This document shows, piece by piece, positions 25,269-36,900 of a DNA stretch of 64,000 bases (the first letter of the stretch is position 1; each line of letters starts with the position of its first letter). The stretch is from positions 14,508,001 through 14,572,000 of the forward strand of contig CM106585.1 of the NCBI GenBank assembly GCA_048013815.1, in the 5' to 3' direction. The notes under the pieces are model-generated. The model was given only the letters and a program-made list of their open reading frames with translations, was not told the DNA's origin and did not search any database. Position numbers and translations under genes: made by a program. Origin of the DNA: Setoptus koraiensis (taxonomy: Eukaryota; Animalia; Arthropoda).

Positions 25269-27681
25269 TACTTTGGTGAGTGCCCATTTGGGCACTTAAT
25301 CGCTAGCTTGTCAGCTTGCCAGCTTGTCTGGTGGATATGAATTGTGTAAAATCCGTATCCAGATAATAATGTAAATAAATTGTAAATAAATCTTTGTACC
25401 GAGTCACATGAGAGGGCGCCACTAGTCAGGCTCAAGTTAACAGATACCATCCAAAAACTATAATTACAACTAACCAATAAACATAGATATATTTTCAATA
25501 TTGTCACAACTTGTGTCTCGACTTTCCATGCTGCTGTTGCTGCTGCAGCAACACTATTCACTTGTTCACTCGATGACGCAATACACCCTTACACTATAGG
25601 GTCTATACTGTAGAGTCTATAGTGTAGAGTGTGTAGCACAATGTAATGTAAAATAATACTATCGATGCCGCTGCATACAAATTATACATGATGTAATAAC
25701 GCCGGCTCGTAGCCGCAACCCGGCGTGGCGCCACCTAGAGTTGAAGCGTGCAATCTTGGTTTGGTCACGCTCGCAGTGCGCTGAGTGCAAAAGACGACCG
25801 GTCACCGGTTTCAGGTTGGCCAATAATGTGTCTCTAGTGTCACATAAGTTATGCAATTCGTGGCTTGTGTCTCAATCTTGTGACGAGCGTGAAATTGTTC
25901 ATTGTGTGTCCGTGTAGAGAGTGCGATATTGGTTTAAAATTTAAAAATTTAGTTTTGAGTTTGGCGTTTAGAAAAAGTTGCGGCTTGCAATGATGAAAAT
26001 GTTTTCAAACTGTGAAGAAGTGTGCCAACTGTGCCCCACAAGAGATCGTTTATCTTGTCGAGCTACAAAAATTATTGATATACAAAAATTGCGACAATAT
26101 TCACCGTCGAGTAGTTGTTGTTGTGTTTGTGCCGCTCATCCGGTGACAATGCTGACAGTGTCGCTGTCGCAAGCCGGACACCGTCAGTTGTGGCCCCGAC
26201 AGCGACTGCTGGCGTCCAAAACCAAAACCAGAACCAGTGAACTGAACCTGTGCAATTCGGGTGCGATACCGTTACCGATTGGTATGACGCGATTGAATGA
26301 ATTTCGGTTAGAGCCAATTTTCGGCCCATGGTGTCGGGACCATAACGAACCGGAGGAAGTGCTGCCTGTAACTGTAAATTTGTCCGGTGTGGCCATCGGC
26401 CGTTGCTGGCTTCTTCATGTCGGGCTAGCCGAAATGAAAAAAAAAATCGATAATGGTTTTCGGAAATATCGCGCTAGAAATGCTGATATTTTCTAGAGCA
26501 AACGGATCGCATTTTAGTTCATCTTGGGCTCTGTATTCCCTCGATGCTGATGCAAGAGGTTGCGCAGGTTGGCCATAACAGTGCCAGCGCGAAATGAGCC
26601 CGGCATCTCGCGGCCCCTAATGAAATCGCCGTTTTGCCGTTTTGCGTCGCTGCCACCAACTATCTAACTGTCTAACAGTATCTATAAAAAGAAACAATCT
26701 CGCAATCAAGCTCATCAGTCATTATAATCGGCCGAATTTTGGGCTGCACTCACAAGAGCAGATGTTGCCACTAGATTATATTATACGCAGATATTATTGG
26801 AGATTGCCGGCATAACTGCCGTGTTATGGCCGCGGGTCATGGACACGGTTATGCCGACCAACAGGCCGGCCGATCGGAGTTGCACTTGCACCGTCTCGCT
26901 TGCGAGCTCATTAGGCGGGCGAAACGATCCGCTCAGATTAAAACAACGAGATTGTGTCATCTAGGTCACACTGCACTCAAGTCGATCTGGCTCGCGAGTG
27001 AGGCTTGCGATTTTGGCTTGCGACAGCGCTCGCCAGAGAGATTATTTGGCTAGCCGAATGATATAATAATATCGTTATTATATGACACAAGTCGAGTGTG
27101 CATTCGCATTGGCACAGGTGAGCGCGATGAAATGCAAATGCCGATGCCTCAAATGCCGTTCTCAACGTTTAAATTGTTGCTCGTCGACTCGTCGACTTGT
27201 CGGCCACTGGCGCTTCTAGTGCCTATTGGCCGGCGATTGGCGCAGCTTCTGGCCGGCGATTCAAATGAGCAGCCATTGCGGCCATTACCTGTGGCCGGCA
27301 TTACCTTGACATTGGCAGTGCGATAAAGTGCTATTTTGGCGCACTGGCAAACCTGTCCAACTGTTTTTAGTTGCGCAAGACACTTACACAGGTATTAGTG
27401 TTAGTGTCAGTGTCATCATGGTGAGCGTATTGCGTAACATGAGGCTATTCTCACACAGTAGTGGCCGTATAATTCATCTTGACCGATGCGGCGACCAGCG
27501 ATGCCACACGAAGTCGCATCGAGCGTCCAGATGACACCTAGATAGTTAATCATTGACCACAGTGCAGCCAGGTAGCAATAGTTGTTTATATCGTTACTCA
27601 ATCGCCTGTATCATCTCAGTATTATCAAGATCAAATACATTAAGAGCGCACACACACAGTTTATTGCTGGCCAACCTCAAA

Positions 27682-27691
27682 CAACAACAGC

Positions 27692-27750
<59 letters not shown>
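27682..27750. repeat. (CAA)n microsatellite, 23 triplets
   Basis: Read directly, with one CAG interruption. May or may not be coding. Confidence 0.95.
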
Positions 27751-29150
27751 CTAGTGAACCACATCCCACTAGATCTAATCTCTCGGTCTCTCAATGACCA
27801 TCAACTCCACTGACCATCTAGTCTGCCATGCCAGCTTATTTGGCTGTGTGTAAATCCGCTGCACCATCCAAGCCGCTGGCCCGTTTTGCAGCTCCCAAAG
27901 TTGGTGAGCCTGTTCGCCGCTAGGTGGCGCGGCAATGCAACATTGCTTGGCAGTAGGCCACTGGCTACTGCCAGCCGGTCGCTTGTGGCCGGCGGCAGCA
28001 CAACCGGCTGGCACGCGCTGCCGCTACCAGCCAGATGGCAGGTAGCGCCATCTAGCCGTGGTGTCGCATGCAAATTCAAACAGAGCAGAAGAGATCAGTG
28101 ATGATTCAAAAATCACTACTTTTGCACACCAACACAGCAAACTCGTGATAGCAATGACCGACCAGTCCGACCCAGTATCATCGCTAATTATACAGGTGCA
28201 TCCTCGCAACAGCAACAACAACAACAACAACAGCAACAACAAATTAATGGTGTTGCCCTAATAGATAAACATGATGCTTGGCGATGCCGACAATTGCAAC
28301 AATTTCGGCTCGCCTCCACCAACTGGCTAGACGTTTGGCTGAGATTTGGCCACGCCTGACGCGACGACGATGTTGCCTATTGGATATTGAAAATGGCATA
28401 GTTGTGGCGATCAGCAGGCTCCGATGAAGCCAATTGAAACAGCATTGAATTGTATATTGCACGGCAATAGCAACTAATCTACCTGAGACACTAATGAACG
28501 GATAGACCAGTTAGCTGAGCGCAAAAATAATCAACAACAGCAACAACAAGTGCATCACGTATTCTGGCGTGGCTTGCAGATAAATCATTTGGCAGAAGTT
28601 GTTGCATTTAGCACACGAGAGAATGAATTTATTAAAGCTGCTGCCTAACAAGTGATAAAATCATATCTCTGTTAATATGATTCTGGCTATCACTCTCACT
28701 CTTTTCTTGTTTGTTTTTTTCTCTTTGCCATCGGGATAGAGACACAGTGAGAAATAGGAAGAAAAAAGTTACGACGACTGGCAGCAGTTTTAATAAGTAG
28801 CAACTGGCTCCGATCGACTAGTTGAGGCCTTTTATCGTATCATCAACAGCGACGACAACAACGACAACAGCAACAGCAACCACCACCACGACTGCTCCTC
28901 CACATCACTCATTTTTGTGCCTAAACTTGTGTGGTATCGCATGGTAGAGTTTATTATGTGAGCCGATCTCACTTTAGTTTATCTGTTTTGTGTTCACTGG
29001 CAGTAGTGGTTTTTTCACCTGGCAAGGCTCGGATATCATTAGCGAGCGAGATTTAATTACAACAAGAAGAAGAAGAAGCAACAACAACAAGTGAAAGCTA
29101 ACTGTACTGTAACGAGAACATCATCATCATCCTATTGACTCATCATCAAC

Positions 29151-30851
29151 ATGACTCACAGACGCCAGAACCAAGTTAAACATTTGGAATCAAATGAATG
29201 CAACAATCTGTCGACAAAGTTGACACTAAATAATAATAATAACAATAATTGTGACGCTGTCAACGATCACAATAATCCCATTACAATAAAGAACAGTCAA
29301 CAGGATGCCAACAACAAACTCAAACAGCATGCACAAAACAACAGTTTACATTCTAACAGTTTAGATGCAACATGTCTTGACATCATCAATAACAACAACA
29401 ACAATTGGAGTGAACAACAACAACAACAAGATCAGATCAAAAATCAGCTGAACAGCACAACAAACGGCACCACCGGCGCAACTAGATTGCCACCAATTAA
29501 GGCGAAGCAATTAGATCTGCACAACAGCAACAACAACAGCAACAACAACAACAACAACAGAAACAACAACAGCAATTTCAACAATAAACTATTGCCCATT
29601 GTTGTCAGCGAGAACAAGATGAATCGCCAGTCTGTGTTGGCGGCACCAGGCGGCCAGGTGAGAAACATTGACAATTTGTCGCCGTTGTGTCATGCCGACG
29701 ACAGTCACAAGCAGACAAACAGCAATGCGAACGGCAAGAAATTGAATCTGAATCATCGTCAATCGACCTCGTCGTCAATGTTCATCGACGCCGGCGTCGA
29801 TGACGAACATGACGACGCCAACGATATCGAGGAGCTGGATAAAGCGTCGACGGCCAGCTCGTCGAGCATTCGCAAAGCCAACAGCCCTTTGGATGGAGGC
29901 AAAAAACAAAACGATTCTAACAGTGCCACAAACAAAACGAATGCAGTTGAGCAAAAGAAAAAGAAGCGATCGCTGCCTTACTCGCTGCTGAGCAAAGTAA
30001 GCGGCAAAAAAACAAGTGGCTCAATAGCGAAAGAGGATCTTTGCACGCTGGTGTCGAGCAATCGCCAATTAGCAAAAGACAACAACAACGACAAAGATAA
30101 ATGGTGTTGGTGCCACAATTACTATTATCCGCCATCTACATCGGCATCAAAAAGTTATCGCAACTACCCAGCAACAACAACAACATATCAACAGCAATCC
30201 TGTTGCGGCCAAAGGGAGCCCCTGATGCAAGCGCATCATCAACTATTACATCTAGATAGTGCGCACCATCATCATCAGCAGCAGCAGCCGGTGAGCCGGT
30301 CAGTAGACGATAATTACAACAAAACCACTAATGATTGCAACGCCGATTGTGCTATAGAGACGGGCCATTTCGAGGGGCCGGGCAAACAATATCGCAACAA
30401 TTTGCATCAGCATCATTATCCGCATCATCTGGATCATTGTGGAACAAATCAATCATCATTTTATGCGCCTGGCCAACAAAAGAATTGGCATGCCCAACAA
30501 CAGCAACACCAACACCAGCACCATCAGCAACAAATGAAGGGCCCATCACCTGACGAAATGGCTATAGACGCCAGCCACTTGCACAACAGTCACCTGGGTG
30601 CGCCGCATCTTCATCATAGTTCACATCCGCAGCCGCAAGTCAGTGGAAGCTTTTGGGATATTTATAATAATTGGAATAATAGTAAAACTAGAACGGCTTA
30701 CTTCATACTAAAAACAGTCATATTAGTCTTGTTAACTATGTTGTTATTGATCCTATTATTTAGTATAATCATGGCCATGCATTACTTGCCAGTTAAATTA
30801 GGAAATTTTTTCAATGAGCCGCATCATTTCAACGTGACCGTTGTGGGCTGA
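29151..30851 (+). CDS. 566-aa Asn/Gln/His-rich orphan protein with one C-terminal TM helix
   Basis: 1.7-kb ATG-initiated ORF with poly-N/Q/H tracts and the hydrophobic segment FILKTVILVLLTMLLLILLFSIIMAMHYL near the C-terminus. No family recognised. Confidence 0.75.
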   Translation: MTHRRQNQVKHLESNECNNLSTKLTLNNNNNNNCDAVNDHNNPITIKNSQQDANNKLKQHAQNNSLHSNSLDATCLDIINNNNNNWSEQQQQQDQIKNQLNSTTNGTTGATRLPPIKAKQLDLHNSNNNSNNNNNNRNNNSNFNNKLLPIVVSENKMNRQSVLAAPGGQVRNIDNLSPLCHADDSHKQTNSNANGKKLNLNHRQSTSSSMFIDAGVDDEHDDANDIEELDKASTASSSSIRKANSPLDGGKKQNDSNSATNKTNAVEQKKKKRSLPYSLLSKVSGKKTSGSIAKEDLCTLVSSNRQLAKDNNNDKDKWCWCHNYYYPPSTSASKSYRNYPATTTTYQQQSCCGQREPLMQAHHQLLHLDSAHHHHQQQQPVSRSVDDNYNKTTNDCNADCAIETGHFEGPGKQYRNNLHQHHYPHHLDHCGTNQSSFYAPGQQKNWHAQQQQHQHQHHQQQMKGPSPDEMAIDASHLHNSHLGAPHLHHSSHPQPQVSGSFWDIYNNWNNSKTRTAYFILKTVILVLLTMLLLILLFSIIMAMHYLPVKLGNFFNEPHHFNVTVVG

Positions 30852-31475
30852 TTACAGCAGCAGCAGCGGCAGCGACAGCCCCTTTTGGGCCATAAACTAC
30901 ATTCACAAATCTCAATTTAGTCTCAATCGATCAAAAACAAACTCGTCACAAACAAGCGCGCAACAGCCAAACAATTTTTTACCACAATTAACTAAAATTA
31001 ACTAAATCAATGATGTAGTTCCATGACAATTTACACACCATTTGTTTGTTAGCAATATTTGTTTCAGCCAGAAAAGAAAAGCTCGTCGTTTTGTCAGCAA
31101 CCAAAACCAAAACTCGCTCTCTTTCTCTCTGAGTTCTCTCTTGCGCGTTGAATCTAAACAAACAAATTCATTCATTATGTCACCTTTGAATCAAACGCTT
31201 TGATCGATCTAAGCTGCCTAGATCATCCGTAATTATGATTGTCAGTGTGACGCAATAGCTTAATTATTAACCATCATCATAATTATAATCGCAGCTAATC
31301 GCGCTTTCTTCGGTTGCTCCAACTGAACTTTGGAGAGTCAATCAAGTTCGCTACAAGTACAATGGTGCCTCGTGCTCGTAATCGTTATCCTGTAAGCTGG
31401 TGGCCTCTTGTTGTACATAGACACAATCGGATAATATCGATACATTACAAGTTGCAGCGGCAGATAACAAAATAT

Positions 31476-31513
<38 letters not shown>

Positions 31514-32247
31514 CTACAACAGGTGAAACAACAATAACAACAACCAACCAATCCAACGAAGAGGACAGGTAGCGAAAATTAACATGTTGATCATTAACAA
31601 TGAGTAACTACTACAAGTTTGTGTATTAGGCAATTATCTTGCTTATGTTTTTGTTCTTTGCTCACAACTTGCGCAATTTGGATAATCTAATAATTTATAT
31701 ACTCAATATTTTTAGGAGTATTGTTAACAACGTGAGAGTAAAAGCGAGAGAGATTGTTATTGGAGTGCGACTTTTAATAGTCGGGCCACGCTCATTGCAG
31801 TGGCAAATAATACATGTAATATATCCTATCTACTTAAAATATTTCTTCGCCTTATCAGATCAATACACACTTACGAGAATTTTTAGCAGTATTTTGAATG
31901 CGTTTCCCCGGCTTACATCACATTTACTCGATGCATCCAGACGCAATGTGCCATAATTCATCATTGTTTGTTTGTTTCTCATTTATCTTGAAATATTTAT
32001 CATTATTGCCTCTCTCTCTCTCTGCCTACCTGTTAGACCCTACAACGATCCATTCTGAAAAATGCCTATTATTTTGTATAGAGTCTGAGAAACAATGGCT
32101 TCTATTTGGCTTTGCAAGAGCTCCCATTGCAGCCCATAATCACTCTCGTCGCCCAGTTACACAGCGGACTCGATTTAACCAGTCATTCATCAGTTATTCA
32201 TGTCTTTCTCCAAGTGTCTAGGTCATATCCGATTATCTCTCGATCGA

Positions 32248-32250
<3 letters not shown>

Positions 32251-32292
<42 letters not shown>
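32251..32292. repeat. (GA)21 microsatellite
   Basis: Read directly from the sequence. Confidence 0.95.
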
Positions 32293-32297
<5 letters not shown>

Positions 32298-32506
32298 TTT
32301 ATTTTATATTCCTGCATCAGCAAAACCATGGGGGTGTCAAGAAACGAAACAGCAGCAATAGTCGTAGCAAGAAAATCACAGATCAGGATTGCTATCAATT
32401 ATCATAAACTGTTACTGTTATTATCACAATGGTAAGAATGTCTTGAATATACATTGGATGTTTTGTTGATGCTCTTCAATGCCTCCATTCTCATAATAAC
32501 TGATAA

Positions 32507-33907
32507 CTATAATCTGGTCTCCAATGCAGTATCAGGCCTGTCGCTTGTTGTTGAATTATGGGAACTATCGTCGGAGCGGGCGGATTGTACTTTTGACATT
32601 TTGATTTCATTAGCGACGCTTACAATATCGGCGTCAGTCTGGCACAGCGACAAACAAGAGGCCGATAATGAGCACGAAGCCGATGCTGAACAAGTTGAAT
32701 CAGAGCTACAATTCGAGTCCGTCTGATATGTTGTAAATGAGCAGGAATTTGACGAGCAAGAAGTCGACAAAATCATCGAGTTCTCTTTCTCTGATTCATA
32801 ATTTTGGTTTGTGTTTGAATCAGTGGGCACTCTCTCTGTTTCAAAATGCAATTGCTCATTAACGTAAATGGGTGGCGTGCTCGAGGCCATATTTGATGGG
32901 CCTCCGACGGAAACAGCTTGATTGTTTGTGTTGTTGTCAGCTGAATTGTCTTTGCAATTGGCCCTCAGTTGGGCGGAATGTGAATAGTGACAATCGAGGG
33001 ATACTGACTCGACTGACCTTGGCAGAAGGCAAGTTGGCGGATCTTGCTGGTGGCCGACAACAACCGCTCGGCCGACATTACCTGTGTCCAACAAAACACA
33101 GTCACACTTGGGGCCTGCTGTGCTACCCGGAAAGTGGTTGGTATTTGTTGCAAATGAATCCTTTTTTATCGAGCCTCTATGACAGTTTTGCATTGTTGTC
33201 ACTGGATCCATGTGACCTTGATACGGGCCCCTCGTCTGGCTGTTCTTGCAACCGACAGTTTCATGCCTCACACTGCCGATCTGTTGTTCATTAATTGCAG
33301 CCGATTTGTCTCTTCTGTGGGCCTCAACTGATCTCATGGGCGATTTGTTGTTTCTTCCAATGAAATTTGGTCGTGATTTTTGGCGTCTAGGCGACAAATG
33401 TTGGTTGCCAGTTGTGGTACATGTATTTGCATTTGTATTTGTGACATAATCGTCAGTTGCTGAAGTGCACACTTTAAGTATATCATTAGAAAAGTTTAAT
33501 TCGTTGATAGAGGGCAGCACGCTCGCCTGACTAGTGGGCCGGGCACACAATTTATGTGGCGACATCTTGTGGACATTTTTGCTAGTTTGTTTGTTAACTT
33601 TTGTATGATAGAGTTGATCATTAATGAATTCATTAGCATTGATGAGTTGGTCACTGTTGATATTATTAGTAAAATCATCATCATTATCTTTGGCCTGATC
33701 GCCTCTACACTGTGTGTCTGTATTGGCCTTGTTGCCAAACAGACCGCTTGCATTGTTGTTGTCCGAAATGTTGTTGTTACTGTTGTCGTTGGAATGGTCA
33801 GCAATCAACATTAATGATGGTGCTATATTGTTGTTGCTGGCATTAGTAGATAAGTTAAATGTTGTTATTCTAGATAGCGACATGTTTGTTGAGGCAAAAT
33901 CTGACAT
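32507..33907 (-). CDS. Ser/Asn/Thr-rich, probably disordered orphan protein (466 aa from the first ATG)
   Basis: The frame is open to beyond 34051 but the first ATG is at 33907. A possible upstream coding exon lies at 34623-34693 (MSAEKRLARSVHRDPITRGESYK, GTAAGT donor, phase-compatible CAG acceptor at 34038). No family recognised. Confidence 0.7.
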   Translation of the reverse strand: MSDFASTNMSLSRITTFNLSTNASNNNIAPSLMLIADHSNDNSNNNISDNNNASGLFGNKANTDTQCRGDQAKDNDDDFTNNINSDQLINANEFINDQLYHTKVNKQTSKNVHKMSPHKLCARPTSQASVLPSINELNFSNDILKVCTSATDDYVTNTNANTCTTTGNQHLSPRRQKSRPNFIGRNNKSPMRSVEAHRRDKSAAINEQQIGSVRHETVGCKNSQTRGPYQGHMDPVTTMQNCHRGSIKKDSFATNTNHFPGSTAGPKCDCVLLDTGNVGRAVVVGHQQDPPTCLLPRSVESVSLDCHYSHSAQLRANCKDNSADNNTNNQAVSVGGPSNMASSTPPIYVNEQLHFETERVPTDSNTNQNYESEKENSMILSTSCSSNSCSFTTYQTDSNCSSDSTCSASASCSLSASCLSLCQTDADIVSVANEIKMSKVQSARSDDSSHNSTTSDRPDTALETRL

Positions 33908-36900
33908 TATTGCGTCACGGGCGCCACTGCTGCCTCCAATTGTTCGCGTCCAATCTAAATACTTCAGACATAAGAATGTGGAATTGCGAAGCTTGCGTGA
34001 TTTCCGTTTATTAATGCTCGTTGGCCTGCCAGAATATCTGCGACTATGCACAATTGTTGGCGACTAGTGGCAGCAGTTGATAGATAAATAAGATAGACGC
34101 GGCAAATAGATAAATAAAGAGGGAGAGAGAGAGAGAGAATCATTCATAAAGTAATTTGATTTGACTTCATTCAGTGAACTTGAAAGAGATTGAATAGAAT
34201 CCAATGCCAGTGTGTGTGTCTCATCAGGCGTGTGTGTTAGGCAATTCGCTTGGCATCTAATTCACTCGATACTGCTGGCATATTGATTACGTATACATCG
34301 GGGTACAAACAAGCGCATGATGAAGAAAGAAAATAAGGCGAATCCGACAACGAATCGGAATTGGATTCGCTCAATGGCGGCGACTGAGATGCAAATCTCT
34401 TTCCATCATTGATTAACATTGTTGTGCGATGACCAATAGCTAAAGCGACAGCGTCTTGACAAGGCGAAATTGCTCAGGCGTAACAATGTCATAAGAGCAC
34501 ACGAGCATAAGATGGATCGATAGATAGATAGAGCAGAGCAGAGAGAGAGAGAGAGAGAGTGGGGCCAAAAAGTGCTTACATCAAACAGGACAAACGTAAA
34601 GCAAGAATTAACAAGCACTTACAACTTGTAAGATTCGCCCCGGGTGATCGGATCCCTGTGGACGCTTCTCGCAAGACGTTTCTCGGCGGACATTTCTGGC
34701 AAGACGCAGCAACTCTCACCGGCTGGTTTCGTTTGGAAGCCGGAGGCACGTCATGTGTAAAACCACTTTGGACAAGCTACTGACTCGGGCATGTGGCATG
34801 TCCATATGTGTGCTGCGAATGAATGAGAATGCATTATAGATCGCAAGGCATCGCTAAGGTTTCGATGGAGATTAGGGCGACAATTGTTTGGGCGATATTG
34901 TCGAATGGGGACGCATCCCATGATGATTCGTCTTATTTACATTTGCATATTGATGCGTGTGTCACTAAAAAGAGATCCCTTTATCTGGCAACGGCAAGTG
35001 TATGGCAAAACTACTGGCGGCTAAATGTTTGTCGCCGGCACACAATAACAACACAACGACCGATAATAACGTGCATAATCCTCATTTTATCTCTTGTCTG
35101 TATGTCACATTCAAATCGCGCACGATACATAACACAATGACACACAAAGCCAACCAACAGACCCTCAGAGATAGCATGACGTGATTATGTTATATCAATC
35201 AATTCGATCAATTCGTTCAATTCGTTCGTCGAGCCAATCGATTCGAGCCGGCGCAATTCGCAAATGCCGATGCGATTTCTGGCGCGGGCCCCCTTCATGC
35301 CAGAAACACATGCATATATGCGCATGGCTTGGCGCGGCTAAATTTGGCCCATGTGCAGCCATCAATAGTCGCCAGCGAATAACATGTAACATGAGCTGGC
35401 TAGCTTTGTTGTGGGGCCCAGAGAATAATTGCAAATAGAGCAAAATAAAGCAGCAGCAACAACAACGGCGGCTGCGACGAATTCTCTTGGCACGACAAAC
35501 AAACACACAAAGCAACTACACGTACACTGACATTTACACGTACACACTATATGCATTCACAATAAATCACTGTAAAAGAATAAACCTCATTCGTTCTGGC
35601 CCAAACCAAAGGCCCGTGCTTTTATTCATGCCAAAAGTAGCAACTGGCGCAAACACTCGAGCATCACAAACATATTGAAATGTTTTTGTTTTTTGTTTCC
35701 TGGTCGCCCACCGATTCTGTTTACTTTGATTTATCTTTAATTTATCTCATTTTATCTGATTCCATCCGCACACCATGATTGCCGCTGCGATTAAACAGAT
35801 TCTCAGTTTTGTTGTGGCGCCGATGGCAGCGAATTAGCTCACCTTTGTTGGCTTACTTGTTGTCAATGTATGAACATTGTAAGCCAAGGCTTTGGTGCAC
35901 ACGAACCCATGCGATCGACGTCAAACGGGCCGGACTTTGGTTTGGGCCACTCACATTATCCAATCTACAGTATCCATTTAATCAATGTTTCCCTTGCCAA
36001 TGCCACCGATCCATCTACAGCAATCTTTGTGGCGCCGCATAGCATGCTGCATGTCAAATGTTGTTTGCGACCGAATGTGCAATATGTGATATGAGGCGAA
36101 AAAACGAAGGCCTTTTATTCGAAGCCATTGCACTGCAATTGCTGACAAATTGGAGGATAAATTTGCGCATCCAGCCCAAAGCTACGTTGGCTCGCCAGAA
36201 ATAACTTGCCGCCGACTTGACCATATAACGTACACTCGAAGTAGCCCGCGGATTTGACGCTGATGAAACTAAGCGAAACTATCGCATTCAGTGGAGAATC
36301 GGTCACATCGAGGCAAGCGCCGAATCAATCATCGATGATCGTTTGTTGCGCCGCGACGCCAATCAAACAGATAGCTAATTTACTGCAGGCCGCTGGGGTC
36401 TCACACTGTGTTGGCTGTGTTGACTGGCTTGAGCCAGTGAGAGCACGAGGTGAAGATTTTAGCCAGACTTTGGCCATCGAGGGCCCATTTGTGCGCGCTA
36501 CAAAATCAATGTAATGTAACGAAAATGCTCGCAAGCCGACAAGACCACCAATGAGTAAGCCGGCACGCTCAACTGGCCCCAATTATGTGACAGGCCGGCC
36601 AGGAAGTCAGTTTTTGTGTGTGTGTTTTTTCTTTCTGATTCGTACAAAATCATTCAATAAATCATCTCGTTTGAATCATCCGGCCGAATGGTCGTTTCAC
36701 TCGTGTGCACTGCGAGCATGATTGTTGGTTGTCACAGGATTGCTTCGCCAGCACAAATGTAACATAATTACTAGTTTTACAAAATCGCTACACGCCACAT
36801 TGTGAGGCGCCGATGGCGACTGTTCGCTGATTGGCTTCTGGAGTTTACGATTCGCCGCATCGGTCCAGCAAATTGTCTTGCCAGTGACGCCAGTGGAGCC

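Noticed and set aside
25591-25601. ACACTATAGGG resembling T7/SP6 promoter ends (vector contamination)
   Set aside because: Only 9-10 nt match, the upstream promoter halves are absent, and it is part of a local hairpin.
3260-27460. Su(H)/CSL-type YGTGRGAA sites (about 6 seen)
   Set aside because: The number is close to chance expectation, and no paired-site configuration was seen.
31560-32450. Complex, coding-looking sequence with splice-like signals between the two orphan ORFs
   Set aside because: Every frame I tried hits stops, and I could not build a consistent exon chain on either strand.
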